Origin: an uncultured bacterium | GTDB taxonomy: Bacteria > Gemmatimonadota > Gemmatimonadetes > Longimicrobiales > Gaopeijiaceae | Length of the DNA: 54,777 nucleotides | Assembly (NCBI GenBank): GCA_965366355.1 | Contig: CBDUEZ010000001.1 | Span: 1-54,777 of the forward strand | Direction: 5' to 3' | Shown here: positions 25,127 to 34,341 of the stretch, one piece after another | Layout: each line of letters begins with the position of its first letter | Numbering within the stretch: the stretch's first letter is position 1 | The notes under the pieces: model-generated | Told to the model about the DNA's origin: nothing | Database searches by the model: none | The model's input: only the letters and a program-made list of their open reading frames with translations | Translations under genes and position numbers: made by a program

Positions 25127-26335
25127 ATGAAGAGACGAGACTTCGTTCGTACCGCCGCCGCAGCGGCCGTTGCGGCGTCTTCAACCCCGCTGGCGGCGTC
25201 CGGGACTCCGCCAGACGTGTTGATCCGCCGCGCCGTGCGTCCGCTGGTGATCTCCGACGTGAGTGGGATCCGCTACACCAATGGAGGCTCGGAGAGCGCG
25301 GTAGAACGCGCCTTTCGCGGGATCATCGAAGGGGAGGATGTGCTCGATGCGTTGATTCACGGAGTCAACATCCCGGAACTCGACCCGATGGAAACCGGGA
25401 TTGGCTACGGCGGCTTGCCGAACGCGGACGGCGTCGTGCAGCTCGATTCGTGTTGTATGCATGGACCCCGTCGCTGGGCCGGAGGCGTGGCGGGAATCGA
25501 GGGCGTGCGAACGCCGTCGAGGGTGGCACGGGCGGTCGCGGAATTGACCGACCACCATCTGATCGCGGGAGAAGGAGCGCGTGAGTTCGCCCGGGATCTC
25601 GGCTTCGAGGTCGAAGACGACCTCAACACGCCACGATCTCGAGAACTCTGGCTGGAGTGGCGGCGAAGGGTCGATCCGGGACACTGGTTGGACCCGGAGG
25701 CGCGGAAGCGGGGCCTCGGAGAGAGGGGCGGTGAAACCGACCCTGACCTTATCGGGCGGGGAGGTACGGGTGCTCAGGCCCTCACGCCGCAGGCGCTGCG
25801 ACGGCGCTCCGACGCGTGGTACGAGGCCGGTCTCGGCATGGTGGCCGACGGGCTCATCCCGGCACACTCCTTCTGGGGAACGATCAATTGCGACGGGATC
25901 GACCCGAACGGAAACATCTGCGCGGTGACCACAACCAGCGGGCTGGCGTGGAAGATCCCCGGCCGCATCGGTGACTCGCCGATTCTCGGGGCGGGCCTGT
26001 ATGTCGACAACGATGTGGGAGCCGCCGGTTCAACGGGCCGCGGCGAAGCGAATCTCTACAACCTCTCGTCGGCCATGATCGTCGAGTTCATGCGTCAGGG
26101 TATGCACCCCAAAGACGCCGGCATGGCGATCCTCGAACGAATCCGGCAGAACAACGTCGAACCCCGGCTCCAGGACGAGAACGGGGAGCCCTCCTTCGAC
26201 GTGCGTTTCTTCATCCTGAACAAGGCGGGTGAATACGCCGGGGTGGCGATGTGGGGGAGCGGCGAAAACGCGTTCGCCGTCTGCGACGAGAATGGAGCCC
26301 GAGAGGAGCCGCTCGAAGGCCTACTCTCTCGGTAG
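25127..26335 (+). CDS. Tat-exported N4-(beta-N-acetylglucosaminyl)-L-asparaginase / asparaginase-2 family Ntn hydrolase
   Basis: Tat motif MKRRDFV. Also GYGGLPNADGVVQLDSCCM, GTINC, TTTSGLAWKIPGRIGDSPILGAGLY and STGRGE. Confidence 0.9.
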   Translation: MKRRDFVRTAAAAAVAASSTPLAASGTPPDVLIRRAVRPLVISDVSGIRYTNGGSESAVERAFRGIIEGEDVLDALIHGVNIPELDPMETGIGYGGLPNADGVVQLDSCCMHGPRRWAGGVAGIEGVRTPSRVARAVAELTDHHLIAGEGAREFARDLGFEVEDDLNTPRSRELWLEWRRRVDPGHWLDPEARKRGLGERGGETDPDLIGRGGTGAQALTPQALRRRSDAWYEAGLGMVADGLIPAHSFWGTINCDGIDPNGNICAVTTTSGLAWKIPGRIGDSPILGAGLYVDNDVGAAGSTGRGEANLYNLSSAMIVEFMRQGMHPKDAGMAILERIRQNNVEPRLQDENGEPSFDVRFFILNKAGEYAGVAMWGSGENAFAVCDENGAREEPLEGLLSR

Positions 26336-27355
26336 GAGCTTCACCGGCATCCAGCGCAGGTGTGATGCGAGAAGTTCCTTCGGCGTGAGCTCCTCGTCGG
26401 TGATCCCGGCGAGTTGCTCTTCGCGACGCCACGTGAACTCCACAGCCCGCATCTCGAGGTCGAGCATTCGGCGCTCCACCGACTCGCTCAGGGCGATCTC
26501 GAGAGCGACCTGACCGGTCGGCCCCATACGCCACAGGGTCTGCCGCTGCCGAGCCGCTTCGACCGTGAACTGCCCCGGCGTGCCCGAGAGATCGATCGCC
26601 CGGGTGGCGTCTCGGATCAGGCGATCGGTCGCGCCGGCGATATTCTGATAGGCGAGCACCCTACGCAAGACATGCTCCGAATCCGCACCTTCGAGCCGGT
26701 AGATGTGTTCGGGCGTCCAGGGATCACAGCGGGGACACGGGACTCCGACCCCCAGCTGCCCGTCTTCGGAATGCAGAGGGTAGCACCACCACGAGAGATC
26801 GTAGCGGAGCGCTCGAAGGGTGCTGTTGCAGAAGGGGCAGGTGGCCCGGCCACGCCAGGCGGCCCAGCCGAACCGTCGCCAACGCAAAACGTCGGCCACC
26901 GGCGTATCGGTCCAGTCGATGGCCGCATCCGGATCGGACAGCCCGAGCACCTCACCGACGAAGTTCAGCGCCCCGAACGTGTAGGCCGTCACCCTCGAGC
27001 CTCGGCTTTCGAACGACGCCTTCCTGCTGCGTAGCTCCCGGCCGTACCTCCACCAGGCCCGCTCCTCGAGCCCGGCCGCGCCGACTCGAATCAGAATGAT
27101 CCGGCGCAGCCGCAGAAGCCGAATGTGGGCGGTGTGAGCGACGGGGACGGCCTCGTCACGCGCGGCCCGTTCCAACTCGTAGAGGGCGGCCTGTCGATCT
27201 TCGACCGGGAGCAGGGTCCAGCGAAAACAACGACCGCATACCAGCCACAACCGACCGCGCACGGGGTCGTATGCGATACGCCGACCCAGGGGCAAATGCT
27301 CGAATCGCCCGTTGGATTGAAACGCCTTCTCACAGAATAGACAGCGTCGTGCCAC
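26321..27355 (-). CDS. Hypothetical protein with four CxxC pairs (putative double Zn ribbon)
   Basis: From GTG 27355: CLFC, CGRC, CPFC and CPRC, followed by a helical C-terminal region (ALEIALSE...WRREEQLAGITD). Confidence 0.8.
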   Translation of the reverse strand: MARRCLFCEKAFQSNGRFEHLPLGRRIAYDPVRGRLWLVCGRCFRWTLLPVEDRQAALYELERAARDEAVPVAHTAHIRLLRLRRIILIRVGAAGLEERAWWRYGRELRSRKASFESRGSRVTAYTFGALNFVGEVLGLSDPDAAIDWTDTPVADVLRWRRFGWAAWRGRATCPFCNSTLRALRYDLSWWCYPLHSEDGQLGVGVPCPRCDPWTPEHIYRLEGADSEHVLRRVLAYQNIAGATDRLIRDATRAIDLSGTPGQFTVEAARQRQTLWRMGPTGQVALEIALSESVERRMLDLEMRAVEFTWRREEQLAGITDEELTPKELLASHLRWMPVKLLPRE

Positions 27356-27425
27356 ACCCCCCCCACCTTCGAAAGAACCCCCCGCTACCTCAACGTAGGC
27401 CTCGCCCGCGCCTCCCGCGCAACCC

Positions 27426-29141
27426 TCAGTTCCCCGCTCGACGGTACGCCACGCGCCCGCCCAGGACCGTGACATCGACCTCGGCGGTCGGAATTTCGTC
27501 TTCGGGAATCGTGAGAATGTCTTTCGACAGGATCACGAGATCCGCGTATTTTCCCGGCGTGATCGAGCCGAGCACGTCGTCCTGGAAGGCCGAGTACGCC
27601 GCATTGAGCGTATAGGCCTTCAGCGATTCCATCCGGGTGAGCGCCTCGTCGGGATAGAAGCGCTGCCCCGTGTTCGTCATGCGGCTCACCATGGAGTAGT
27701 ACGACGCAATCGGGTCGATGGGTTCGACGGGCACGTCGGTGCCGTTGGTCACCACCGCACCGGAGTCCCACAGGGACCGCCACATGTAGGCCCCCGACTC
27801 GGCCCGTGCGTCGCCCAGCTTCTCCGGGACCCAGGGCCCGTCCGAAGTCCCATGCACCCCCTGCATCGATGCGATGACGCCCAGTCCCGAGAAACGAGGA
27901 ATGTCGTCGGGGTGCAGGTGCTGCGCATGTTCGATGCGCCAACGCAGATCAGACCCGTCGACATCCGTCGCCGCCCACGCCCGTTCATAGAGATCGAGCA
28001 CCTCCCGGTTCGCCCGGTCGCCGATGGCATGGACATTCAGCTGAAACCCGTGCCGCGCGGCGATTTCGGCGGTGCCCTCGACGTCGTCGACGGGCGCGGT
28101 GTTGAGTCCCGCACTCGACGGCAGGTCTTCATAGGGCTCGAGTAGCCAGGCGCCGTGGGAGCCCAACGCGCCGTCGATCGACCGCTTGATCGAGCGGACC
28201 GTCAGAAAGCCGTTCGCATACCCATCCATGAAGTAGTCGTCGAGGTTCTCTTCGAGAGATTCGTTCGACGCCCGAACCATCACGTAGAGCCGGATCGGCA
28301 GATCACCCGCGTCGGCCAGCTCCCGGTACCCGTCGATGGTGCCGAAGCCGGTCCCCGCGTCGTGAAACGAGGTGACTCCCTTCGATAGGGCCTCCTGTCC
28401 GGCGAGTTCGACCTGACGGCGGAAGGTGGCGGCCCGCTCCTCGGCCGTCTCGCTCCCCCCGCGAAGATTGCCGACCTGGCCCTGCGCCGTTTCGCGTAGA
28501 AGCCCCGTGGCCCGGCCCGAGGCATCCCGGACGATCGTTCCCCCGGCCGGATCGGGAGTCGAGGCGTCGATGCCCGCCATCTCCATGGCCCGCGCGTTCA
28601 CGAAGGCGGCGTGCCCCGACGCATGGGTGAGGTAGACCGGATGGTCGGGCGACACGGCCGAGAGGGCATCGTGGTGTGGCACACCGTCGACGTTCGGCTC
28701 AGGGGTCGTCTCCCACTTTTCCTGGTGCCAGCCGCGTCCTCGAATCAGCGTGCCCGCCGGCGTCTCGGCGACGGCGGCGGCGACCTGCGCGACGATGTCG
28801 TCCCACGTCGTCGCCGTGGTGAGATCGAGGATCATGCGCGAATCCCCCAGACCGGTGAAGTGCCCATGCCCCTCGATGAACGCGGGAATCACGAGGCGGC
28901 CTGCGGCGTCGATGACCTCGGTGTCATCACCGATCATGGGCTCCAGGTCGGCGGCGGAGCCGATGGCGACGATCCGGTCTCCGCGAACGGCCACGGCTTC
29001 TGCCTCCGGCTGGCTATCGTCGACCGTCACCACACGGGCGTTGGTCACGACGAGATCGGCAGCGTCGACGGCCGGCCCCTCCGGTCCGCACCCGGCGATG
29101 ACGAGAGCGAGAGCCAGGAGCCCCGCGGGAATACGACGCAT
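27426..29141 (-). CDS. Amidohydrolase-3 family (YtcJ-like) lipoprotein
   Basis: Lipobox IAGC. Motifs PAFIEGHGH, SGHAAFVN, DGALGSHGA, HAIGDRAN, RIEHAQ, NGTDVPVE and PGKYADLVIL. Confidence 0.93.
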   Translation of the reverse strand: MRRIPAGLLALALVIAGCGPEGPAVDAADLVVTNARVVTVDDSQPEAEAVAVRGDRIVAIGSAADLEPMIGDDTEVIDAAGRLVIPAFIEGHGHFTGLGDSRMILDLTTATTWDDIVAQVAAAVAETPAGTLIRGRGWHQEKWETTPEPNVDGVPHHDALSAVSPDHPVYLTHASGHAAFVNARAMEMAGIDASTPDPAGGTIVRDASGRATGLLRETAQGQVGNLRGGSETAEERAATFRRQVELAGQEALSKGVTSFHDAGTGFGTIDGYRELADAGDLPIRLYVMVRASNESLEENLDDYFMDGYANGFLTVRSIKRSIDGALGSHGAWLLEPYEDLPSSAGLNTAPVDDVEGTAEIAARHGFQLNVHAIGDRANREVLDLYERAWAATDVDGSDLRWRIEHAQHLHPDDIPRFSGLGVIASMQGVHGTSDGPWVPEKLGDARAESGAYMWRSLWDSGAVVTNGTDVPVEPIDPIASYYSMVSRMTNTGQRFYPDEALTRMESLKAYTLNAAYSAFQDDVLGSITPGKYADLVILSKDILTIPEDEIPTAEVDVTVLGGRVAYRRAGN

Positions 29142-29176
29142 GAATTACCTCCAGAAGGGATCGGTGTGAGGCGGTA

Positions 29177-30427
29177 CTATGCACGCGCTCCCGGTCGGGG
29201 CGCCAGCGCCGCGGCTCGCCCGGCGGCCCGCCCGGTCGCCCACGCCCAGAGGAAGTTGTGGCCGCCGATGGGGCCGAACGCATCCAGCAGTTCGCCGCTG
29301 AGAAAGAGCCCCGGCGCGACGCGGCTCTGAAGCGTCGAAGGATCGACGTCACCCAGCGCGACTCCACCCCCGGTGACCTCGGCCTTTTTGTAACCCTCGT
29401 CGCCCGCCCAGGGCAGATCGTATTCCGCGAGCGCGCGCGAGAGCCGGCGCCGCTCGTCGCGGGTGAGGCGAGACACGGCTCGATCCCAGGGCACGCCGGC
29501 CTCCTCCACGAGCCTGCGCGCGAGGCGCCCGGGGAGCTGCTCGTCGACAAGGCTGCCCACGATCCCCTGACGGGCCCGTTGGAATCGCTCGTCCCAGGCA
29601 GACGCGCTCAGGTCGCACCACTGCACCTGGAGAACCTGCCGCTGTCCCCCGGCCGAAGGGACGATGGTCAGGTGAGAGGCATCCAGCACGCTCGGACCGC
29701 TGTAGCCACGGTGGGTGAAGAGGAAGCCCCCGCTGGTTTCGAACTTCGGCCGTGCCCCGGGAGCCCGAATGGTGACCCGAGCCGAGACACCCGCGAGTTC
29801 CGCGTGGGCGGGCTCGCCCGTGAGGGGGGTCAGCGCCGGATAGGTCGGGTGGATGGTATGGCCGAGTTCTCGAAGCCACTCCAGGCCGGCACCGTCACTC
29901 CCGGTCGCCGGAACCGACAGCCCTCCGGTAGCCACGACGACGGCCTCGGCCGCGATGGTTTCGCCGCCGGCGAGGTGAATGCGCCAGTCGGCGCCGTCCG
30001 AGGGGGGCCGACCCAGACCCCTGACCCGACACGAAAATCGAAACTTCGCACCGGCGCGGCGGGCCGCGTTCACCAGGCCGTCCCGAACGTCCCGAGCGCG
30101 GTTGGTTTCCGGAAACAGCTTCCCGGTCTCGGGCTCGAGAACAAGCCGAAGGCCCAGCTCGCTCGAGAAGAAGTCCCTCTGCTCGCGGAGTGGCCACGAC
30201 CGCAGAATCCGACGCAGCGTATTGGCCGAAGAGGCGGTGACGTATCGCCCCGGCTGCGCCTCACCCGGCAGGACGTTGCAGCGGCCGCCCCCACTGATGA
30301 GGATCTTGCGGCCACCGTCGGCCGACGACTCGAGGACGGTGACGTCGGCCCCCTCTGCGGCGGCGAAGCGTGCAGCGATCAGTCCCGCGGCGCCGGCTCC
30401 GATCACCACCACACTTCGATTCGCCAT
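29177..30427 (-). CDS. HI0933/BaiN-family NAD(P)/FAD-dependent oxidoreductase
   Basis: Motifs VIGAGAAG, GRKILISGGGRCN, ATGGLSVPATGSDG, LFTHRGYSGP, AEVTGGGV and GELLDAFGPIGGHN. Start at ATG 30427. Confidence 0.93.
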   Translation of the reverse strand: MANRSVVVIGAGAAGLIAARFAAAEGADVTVLESSADGGRKILISGGGRCNVLPGEAQPGRYVTASSANTLRRILRSWPLREQRDFFSSELGLRLVLEPETGKLFPETNRARDVRDGLVNAARRAGAKFRFSCRVRGLGRPPSDGADWRIHLAGGETIAAEAVVVATGGLSVPATGSDGAGLEWLRELGHTIHPTYPALTPLTGEPAHAELAGVSARVTIRAPGARPKFETSGGFLFTHRGYSGPSVLDASHLTIVPSAGGQRQVLQVQWCDLSASAWDERFQRARQGIVGSLVDEQLPGRLARRLVEEAGVPWDRAVSRLTRDERRRLSRALAEYDLPWAGDEGYKKAEVTGGGVALGDVDPSTLQSRVAPGLFLSGELLDAFGPIGGHNFLWAWATGRAAGRAAALAPRPGARA

Positions 30428-30543
30428 TTTTGCTCGTCCTCTGGTGGGCGGTCGCCGACCCCGTTCGCCGCCGAGGCTAACCGAATGGGTCGACCCTTGT
30501 CCATCGGCGATCAGCGCGCCACGCTTCCCGCTTCCTCTCTGGA

Positions 30544-31569
30544 GTGATCCGCGTGCCGCCCCTACATCCACGCTTCCGCCGCCGGCGACGCGCCGGTGGG
30601 CTCTTCGTCGCGATCTGCGTGGTGGGCGCCGCCGCGAGCTGTACCCCCCCGAGCGATTCGGGCGTCGAGTGCCTCGCCCCAGCCAATCCCGGGGGCGGAT
30701 GGGACCTCACCTGCCGGTCGGTGGGACTCGTTCTGGGTGAGCTCGGGTTGGCGAGCGGCACCGTGCGAACCACCAACATGCCCGGAGCGGGCGGCGGCGT
30801 GGCGATGGCTCACGCGGTGACCCGTCGCGGCGACGACGCGTCGCTGATCGTCGCGGCGTCCCCCGCCACGACTCTTCGACTGGCGCAGGGGCAGTACGGG
30901 CACCTCGACGTAGGCGACGTTCGCTGGATCGGGGCCATCGGCGCCGAATACGGCATCATCGCGGTGGCCAACGATGCGCCATGGTCCGACCTCGGAAGCC
31001 TGATGCGGGCCTGGGCGGCCGATCCGTCGGCCGTCGTGGCGAGCGGCGGAAGTGCCGTGGGTGGGCAGGACCATATGAAGCTCCTTCTGCTGGCTCGGGC
31101 TGCGGGCATGAACCCCCTCACGCTGCGCTACGTCTCGTTCGACGGAGGCGGCGAGGCGATGACGGCACTCCTCGGGGGTTTCGTTCAGGTGTTCTCCGGA
31201 GAGGCGAGCGAGGTCGAGGGCCAGCTCGCGGCGGGACGCCTCCGGATTCTCGCCGTGCTCGCTCCAGATCGCATTCCCGGCCTCCTGGAAGCGGTGCCCA
31301 CCGCCCGGGAGGGAGGCTACGAGGTCGATTGGATCACCTGGCGCGGCTTCTACATTCCCGGTGAGCTGCCCGACTCCGTCGCGGATCGCTGGGCCTCGGT
31401 GATCGACCGTGTCGGGCGCTCCGATGCCTGGGCCGCCGCACGCGTGCGCAACCGCTTGAGGCCCTTTCATCTGACCGGTCCCGCCTTCGAGCGCTTCGTG
31501 GCCGAACAGGTGGCCGACTTCCGGGCCCTGTCTCGCGATCTCGGACTGCTTCCCGAGGGCCGGCCGTGA
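30544..31569 (+). CDS. tctC: Tripartite tricarboxylate transporter substrate-binding protein
   Basis: Motifs CLAPANPGGGWDLTCR, NMPGAGG, GGSAVGGQDH, FDGGGEAMTALLGG and WRGFY. Start is approximate. Confidence 0.92.
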   Translation: MIRVPPLHPRFRRRRRAGGLFVAICVVGAAASCTPPSDSGVECLAPANPGGGWDLTCRSVGLVLGELGLASGTVRTTNMPGAGGGVAMAHAVTRRGDDASLIVAASPATTLRLAQGQYGHLDVGDVRWIGAIGAEYGIIAVANDAPWSDLGSLMRAWAADPSAVVASGGSAVGGQDHMKLLLLARAAGMNPLTLRYVSFDGGGEAMTALLGGFVQVFSGEASEVEGQLAAGRLRILAVLAPDRIPGLLEAVPTAREGGYEVDWITWRGFYIPGELPDSVADRWASVIDRVGRSDAWAAARVRNRLRPFHLTGPAFERFVAEQVADFRALSRDLGLLPEGRP

Positions 31570-32006
31570 GCCGCCTCGCCGACGACCGCCGCTGGTCCGT
31601 CGCGCTGGCCGGACTGGGGATCGCCGTCGGGGCACTGGCCGTCGGATTCCGGGTGGCCTTCGTCACCGACCCGCTCGGACCGCGCGCCTTTCCCTGGCTG
31701 GCCGCGGCGCTCCTCTGCGGGGCCGCGGTGGGGCTCTGGGTGCGTCCCGGCCCCGACGCAGAGTGGCCCGACCACACCTCTCGCAAGCGCCTCGCGGGCG
31801 TGATGGTGAGCCTCGTCATCTGGGCGGTGCTGATGCCGATCGTGGGCTTCGTGCCTTCGACGACCCTCGAACTCGCGTTCCTCGGTCGACTCTTCGGAGC
31901 CCGTCCCGTGCACGGGCTCGTCGCCGGCTTCACTCTGTCTGCGGCGCTGTGGTTTCTGTTCGGTTTCGCTCTCGGGCTTCCGCTTCCGATCGGCGTCTGG
32001 AGCTGA
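31566..32006 (+). CDS. tctB: Tripartite tricarboxylate transporter small membrane subunit
   Basis: DPLGPRAFP, four TM segments and C-terminal LGLPLPIG. Lies between tctC and tctA. Confidence 0.9.
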   Translation: MSRLADDRRWSVALAGLGIAVGALAVGFRVAFVTDPLGPRAFPWLAAALLCGAAVGLWVRPGPDAEWPDHTSRKRLAGVMVSLVIWAVLMPIVGFVPSTTLELAFLGRLFGARPVHGLVAGFTLSAALWFLFGFALGLPLPIGVWS

Positions 32007-32009
32007 CCC

Positions 32010-33521
32010 ATGATCGAAGTCTGGAGTCTGCTCATGGGGGGGTTCGGGGTGGCCCTGCAGCCCCTCAACCTGGGACTGGTTCTCGCGGGGGCGGTATTGG
32101 GCACCGCCGTCGGGATGCTCCCCGGAATCGGTCCGATCAACGCCATCGCCTTGCTCCTCCCGCTGGCTTTTGCGATCGACCTCCCGGCCGAATCGATGCT
32201 GATCCTGACCGCCGGTATCTACTACGGCTCGCAGTACGGCAACTCGATCAGCACGATTCTGCTCAATGTCCCGGGCACTGCCTCGGCGGTCGTGACCGCC
32301 ATCGATGGCCACGCCCTGACCCGGGCGGGCCGGGGTGGTCCGGCCCTCGCCATGAGCGCGATCGCATCGTTCGTCGGCGGGACCCTGTCGGTCTTCGGAC
32401 TCGTGTTGCTTGCCCCCGTGCTCTCGGGATGGGCCCTGCGTTTCGGCCCCGCCGAGTACGTCGCCTTGATGGTCTTCGCCTTCGTGGCCCTATCGTCGCT
32501 GGCGGGTCGGTCGGTACCCAAGGCCATGGCTGCAACCGCGTTCGGCCTGCTCCTCGCCTCGGTCGGCATGGACCCTCAAAGCGCGGTGCCGCGGTTCACC
32601 TTCGGGCAACTCAGACTCCTCGACGGGATCGACTTCCTCGTCGCCACGCTCGGGCTCTTCGCCGTGAGTGAGGTCTTGACCCTCGCCGAAGAGTCGCCCA
32701 CCGCCCAGACCGTGACGGCCGCCTACGGCCGGGTGCGGCTCACTCTGCGCGAGCTGCGCGACAGCGGCTGGACCATGATCCGGGGAAGTGTGCTCGGCTT
32801 TTTCGTGGGTGTGCTGCCCGGCGCCGGCGGAACCGTCGCCTCGTTCCTCGCCTATTCGACCGAGCAGAGGCTCGTCGACCACGACTCTACCTTCGGCACC
32901 GGAGACCTGAGGGGTGTCGCGGCCCCGGAAGCCGCGAACAACGCCGCCGCCAACGGGGCGATGATCCCCCTCCTCACGCTCGGCGTGCCCGGCAGCGGGA
33001 CCACGGCCGTTCTACTCGGGGCGCTTCTCGCCTTGAACGTGACGCCTGGGCCCCTGCTCATTCAGGAGCGGCCTGAACTGTTCTGGGGACTGGTCGCGTC
33101 GATGTACATCGGCAACGTCGCACTCCTGCTCCTGAACCTTCCGCTGGTGGGGCTCTTCGTTCGTGTTCTTTCGCTGCCCCGATGGATTCTTGTGCCGGGC
33201 GTGGCCGTGCTGAGCTTCACTTCGGTCTATGCCGCGACCGGGAGCACCTTCGACCTGATCGTCCTCGCAACCCTCGGCGTCGTCGGATGGATGTTGCGGA
33301 AGGGCGGTTTTCCTCTCGCTCCGGTCATTCTCGGGCTCGTGCTCGGGCCGCTCCTGGAGAAGAACCTCCGACGCTCCCTGGCACTGTCTGGGGGCGATTG
33401 GTCGGTGTTGGCCTCGAGCCCGATCGCCATCGGTCTTTGGGTCGCGGCCGTCGGCGCCCTGACGCTTCCTCCGCTGGCGAGGCGCCTGCGGCGAAAGGTC
33501 ATGGGGAGCGAGGCACCGTGA
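32010..33521 (+). CDS. tctA: Tripartite tricarboxylate transporter large permease
   Basis: Motifs GMLPGIGP, IYYGSQYGNSISTILLNVPG, VAAPEAANNA and IPLLTLGVPGS. Confidence 0.95.
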   Translation: MIEVWSLLMGGFGVALQPLNLGLVLAGAVLGTAVGMLPGIGPINAIALLLPLAFAIDLPAESMLILTAGIYYGSQYGNSISTILLNVPGTASAVVTAIDGHALTRAGRGGPALAMSAIASFVGGTLSVFGLVLLAPVLSGWALRFGPAEYVALMVFAFVALSSLAGRSVPKAMAATAFGLLLASVGMDPQSAVPRFTFGQLRLLDGIDFLVATLGLFAVSEVLTLAEESPTAQTVTAAYGRVRLTLRELRDSGWTMIRGSVLGFFVGVLPGAGGTVASFLAYSTEQRLVDHDSTFGTGDLRGVAAPEAANNAAANGAMIPLLTLGVPGSGTTAVLLGALLALNVTPGPLLIQERPELFWGLVASMYIGNVALLLLNLPLVGLFVRVLSLPRWILVPGVAVLSFTSVYAATGSTFDLIVLATLGVVGWMLRKGGFPLAPVILGLVLGPLLEKNLRRSLALSGGDWSVLASSPIAIGLWVAAVGALTLPPLARRLRRKVMGSEAP

Positions 33522-33546
33522 GGGCGCTCCTCGACGAAGACGCTCC

Positions 33547-34311
33547 TCAACCGCCGCCCATCATCCCGAGGATTCGGTCGCGCCTCCACGCCATTTCGCC
33601 CGGAGAGAGCCTGGGGTTGGAGCTGAGAGGGTGTGGGAGAGTCGCCGCGAGGGTCGCCGCCTGTCGGCGATCGAGCCGCGAGGCGCCCACCCCGAAGTAG
33701 GCTCTGCTGGCCGCCTCGACACCAAAAATTCCGGGCCCGAACTCCGCCGTGTTCAAGTACAGCTCCAGAATTCGATCTTTGTCCAGAAACCACTCGAGCC
33801 GTTGAGCGACCACAAATTCACCCACCTTGCGACGAAGCGACCGCGCCGGGGTGAAATACAGATTCTTGGCAAGCTGCTGGGTCAGCGTGCTTCGACCCTT
33901 GATCTCGTCGCGCTCGCTCCACCCACGCGAAATGGCTCGCGCCAGGGCTGCGAGATCCGACGGCTGCGCCCAACTGAACGGCGGCTCACCGTCGTACCCG
34001 ACCTCCTCGGCGATCGCAGTCCAGTCGACGCCCCGATGCTGCCGGAATCGCTGGTCCTCGGCCAGAATGACCGCCCGGGGAATGTCGGGCGACATCTGTG
34101 CCAGCGGAATCCAGTCGTACCTCAGGGAGAACTCCTCACCCTTTTCTGCTGCCTGCGCCGTGCGATACTTCATGAACGACGTGCGGTCGGGATCGCGCCA
34201 TTTCCATGAAACGGGCCAGGGGAGCAACAGCCACCCGAGGAGAGGGAGGCCGATGCCGAGCACCAGTCCCCATCGAACGAACCGTTTCAGACCCCCCAAC
34301 GAACGCTTCAT
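33547..34311 (-). CDS. mtgA: Monofunctional peptidoglycan transglycosylase
   Basis: GT51 motifs AEDQRFRQHRGVD, GRSTLTQQLAKNL, RKVGE, KDRILELYLNTAEFG and GVEAAS. No transpeptidase domain. Confidence 0.9.
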   Translation of the reverse strand: MKRSLGGLKRFVRWGLVLGIGLPLLGWLLLPWPVSWKWRDPDRTSFMKYRTAQAAEKGEEFSLRYDWIPLAQMSPDIPRAVILAEDQRFRQHRGVDWTAIAEEVGYDGEPPFSWAQPSDLAALARAISRGWSERDEIKGRSTLTQQLAKNLYFTPARSLRRKVGEFVVAQRLEWFLDKDRILELYLNTAEFGPGIFGVEAASRAYFGVGASRLDRRQAATLAATLPHPLSSNPRLSPGEMAWRRDRILGMMGGG

Positions 34312-34341
34312 GGTCGCAAATCTAATCTCTTCGAAGCCGTC

